A stretch of 32,000 bases of DNA, taken from the NCBI RefSeq assembly GCF_014280175.1, contig NZ_CP047931.1, positions 1,860,001-1,892,000 of the forward strand. Direction: 5' to 3'. Positions 30,501-32,000 of the stretch are shown here, one piece after another. Position numbers and translations under genes: made by a program. The DNA is from Synechococcus sp. A15-28. Lineage in GTDB: Bacteria; Cyanobacteriota; Cyanobacteriia; PCC-6307; Cyanobiaceae. The notes beneath the pieces are model-generated. The model was not told the DNA's origin. It saw nothing but the letters and a program-made list of their open reading frames with translations, and made no database searches. Numbering within the stretch: the stretch's first letter is position 1; each line of letters starts with the position of its first letter.

Positions 30501-32000
30501 GCAGACGCTGTCCGCACGGGAGCACACAGCCCAAGTGGATGCGAGTGAGCGCGAACGACGGGAAGATGACTTCCGCAGTGCTGCCCTGCGGCTGATGTAC
30601 TGCTCACCCACGATGGAATTGGGCGTTGATATTTCATCGCTCAACACTGTTTACATGCGCAATGTGCCGCCCACGCCGGCGAACTATGCGCAGCGCAGCG
30701 GACGCGCCGGCCGTAGCGGGCAACCAGCTCTGGTGTTGAGCTATTGCGGTGCCACCTCACCCCACGACCAGTACTTTTTTGCGGATCCAGTGCGGATGGT
30801 GGCGGGTGCTGTAAGTGCTCCAACGCTGGAATTGGCCAATGAAGAGTTGCTCAAGGCCCACTTCCGGGCGCTTTGGCTGGCAGCCACTCGGCAGCGCCTG
30901 CCCGGGAAGGTGAAGGAGCTGGTGAACATCAGTGCCCCAGGGCGGCCAGTTCAAGCAGAGCTGATGGAGGCCCTCTCCAGGGATGAGGCCTACCGCTCAG
31001 CCCAGGCTGATTGCCAGGCCATCGTTGACGACCTGATCGAGAAGCAATGCCTCGGAAGCACGCCACCGCCATGGCTCACAGGCAGCTGGCTAGAAGCGAT
31101 CACCCATGGCGCCGCGCTGGATTTCGAGGCCGCGCTCAGCCGCTGGCGTGAGCTTCTTGAGGCAGTGGATGGTCAGATCAACCAGGCACTCAAAGATCTG
31201 GGGAACCACGCCATCAGCGAGCGGGAGCGTCTGGCCGCCGACACCCGCCTCAAAGCAGCACGAATGCAACAACAGTTGCTGCTGGCGGATAAGCCAGGAA
31301 GCGGCAACAGCAACAACGACTTCAGCACCTATCGCTACCTGGCAAGCCAAGGCTTCATGCCGGGGTACAACTTCCCGCGTCTGCCGCTGATGGCGTACAT
31401 CCCTGGCACACGAGAACAAGTGGGCGGCGGCACTTACATCACTCGCCCGCGGTTTGTCGGCATCAGTGAATTCGGTCCCCACTCACTGATCTATCACGAG
31501 GGGAACACCTACAAGGTGAAAGGTGCACTGCTGGGGTTGCAGGACAACGCGGCTGCAGCCGGATCAGCCACCCTCGCCACGCAGGACGCCTTGGTGTGTG
31601 GGGCCTGCGGCCATGCCCATCTCGGTAATGCCGCTGAATCAGAACTGTGTTGCCACTGCGGCACACCGCTGAAGCTGCATCCCGAGGGCAAAGCCGTTCG
31701 GATCCCAAAGCTGTATCAAATCGAGCAGGTCACCACGAGGAGAGCTGATCGGATCACCTCCGACGACGAAGAACGGCAACGCCTCGGCTATGAGCTGATC
31801 ACCACCTACGAATTCCCCAAGGACAACGGGGTGGTGAAAGTGGCGAAGGCCCAGGTGAGCTGCGAGGGGCAGCCGTTACTGGAGCTCAGCTACGCACCAG
31901 CTACGCAGATCAGCCGGGTGAACCTCGGCTGGCGGCGGCGGGAGAACAAAAACGACATGGGCTTCCCGATCCACCCGATCAACGGACAGTGGGGCGGCGA
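27571..32000 (+). CDS. Giant SF2 DEAD/DEAH-type helicase with zinc-ribbon Cys clusters (DUF1998/DruE/YprA-like class), runs off right edge (at least 1476 codons)
   Basis: Manual translation: MDVFSFRDRVIEDYGQFSRSFTQIKSPDLQSFVDGTYG...LHRHQRDAIEIASRGGSFVVTSGTGSGKSLGYIIPIVNRV (27901..27927), FLVLDELHTYRGRQGADVALLVRRVRQ (28273..28284 DELH), LLCIGTSATMAS, MYCSPTMELGVDISSLNTVYMRNVPPTPANYAQRSGRAGRSGQPALVLSYCG; sampled positions through 31,990 are in one open frame. Confidence 0.9.
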   Translation, partial: MDVFSFRDRVIEDYGQFSRSFTQIKSPDLQSFVDGTYGKGEYWPSPLIQLNPSFVSGGAISKLVDTGLLHPECSRIFRWGKDNGTGQELQLHRHQRDAIEIASRGGSFVVTSGTGSGKSLGYIIPIVNRVLEARARGDQQKRIRAIVIYPMNALCNSQQEELQKYLGLGYPEGPKVTFARYTGQESDEEREKIKNDPPDILLTNYVMLEYILTRQDPLDQKVIGDAKGLEFLVLDELHTYRGRQGADVALLVRRVRQRLNANLLCIGTSATMASEGTAKERNATVAHVASKLFGTEIPSEHIVTETLQRCTEGDLPNQEELTQALRVDYSTQVTETWTAEDLRQHPLARWVELKLGLEKEDGLPDGKWVRCKPHTLQQATSTLAEQTGLNEEQILATLRDFLLAAYQVEVGPNRRFFAFRLHQFVSAGGEVQASLQAPQKRYLTLKAQKYQPNAGRQALLYPVVFCRNCGQDFHPVWAHLNNKIPVNIDPRDFKDESSLRERDVVNGYFMPDANGEYTIDDLEKANFPDGWLEPDKNDELVLKRTYREFAPVPCRFRSDGGASSDGLSGWFLKGSFRFCPSCGVEHGVRSSEFRKLCGLNSEGRSSATTTLSLAVLRQLLAFPAKEIPDQARKLLAFSDNRQDASLQAGHFNDFVRVLQLRAGLIAALSAQSEKELSLETLAQAVEKALRLDAEDFIAIPNVKPNIEQSNRRALRGVLEYRLMVDLRKGWRLTNPNLEQLRLLEVDYAELVNCAEDQEDWGQRHPLLAQASSEERFLICHRLLEELRERLAIDCDALIQEEFERRKKSATDLEEVWSIGREEKPELARSVVTSPVPQELRNRGVEGLSLRGEFGRWLKARERWLSAEDLYRTLKWKDDLYQEVMGHILEMLSAWGLVKTVDVRLGRKAREVMQGWRLNSTALRWTLVDPESPPQDRYAACLEQVRQNSGRRGPVNPYFRSLYADLAHLIATEGRPFLQTLSAREHTAQVDASERERREDDFRSAALRLMYCSPTMELGVDISSLNTVYMRNVPPTPANYAQRSGRAGRSGQPALVLSYCGATSPHDQYFFADPVRMVAGAVSAPTLELANEELLKAHFRALWLAATRQRLPGKVKELVNISAPGRPVQAELMEALSRDEAYRSAQADCQAIVDDLIEKQCLGSTPPPWLTGSWLEAITHGAALDFEAALSRWRELLEAVDGQINQALKDLGNHAISERERLAADTRLKAARMQQQLLLADKPGSGNSNNDFSTYRYLASQGFMPGYNFPRLPLMAYIPGTREQVGGGTYITRPRFVGISEFGPHSLIYHEGNTYKVKGALLGLQDNAAAAGSATLATQDALVCGACGHAHLGNAAESELCCHCGTPLKLHPEGKAVRIPKLYQIEQVTTRRADRITSDDEERQRLGYELITTYEFPKDNGVVKVAKAQVSCEGQPLLELSYAPATQISRVNLGWRRRENKNDMGFPIHPINGQWGG

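Noticed and set aside
19600-32000. CRISPR array, transposase or integrase in the accessory part
   Set aside because: No regular short repeats with spacers and no recognisable transposase or integrase translation were seen.

Overview
Picocyanobacterial (marine Synechococcus/Cyanobium-like) chromosome segment in two parts. (1) About 1-19,600 is core: partial ldpA and ndhN on the minus strand, then the S10/spc/alpha ribosomal superoperon on the plus strand (rplC to rplQ, including secY, adk, rpmJ and rpoA), truA, rplM, rpsI, rpmE, prfA, an HNH endonuclease (minus), alr and tRNA-Ser(GCT). (2) From just after the tRNA-Ser to the window end is accessory DNA. It holds a small RHH-like gene overlapping a probable DUF6998/nuclease-fold gene, a GIY-YIG nuclease family gene, AT-rich orphan ORFs, and a large defense-like module. 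That module is a 1158-aa TM0106/RecB-like nuclease fused to an SF1 (Dna2/Upf1-like) helicase, directly coupled (TGATG) to a giant SF2 helicase (at least 1476 codons, off the window edge; absent from the ORF track because it has no stop in the window). The first 43 codons of the nuclease-helicase gene are duplicated 1,842 bp upstream as a truncated copy. The two copies are 129-bp direct repeats (121/129 identical) in the same reading frame and flank AT-rich minus-strand ORFs. This layout suggests a disrupted/rebuilt or recombination-switchable defense-like locus. All family assignments are from motif and sequence recognition; no searches were run.
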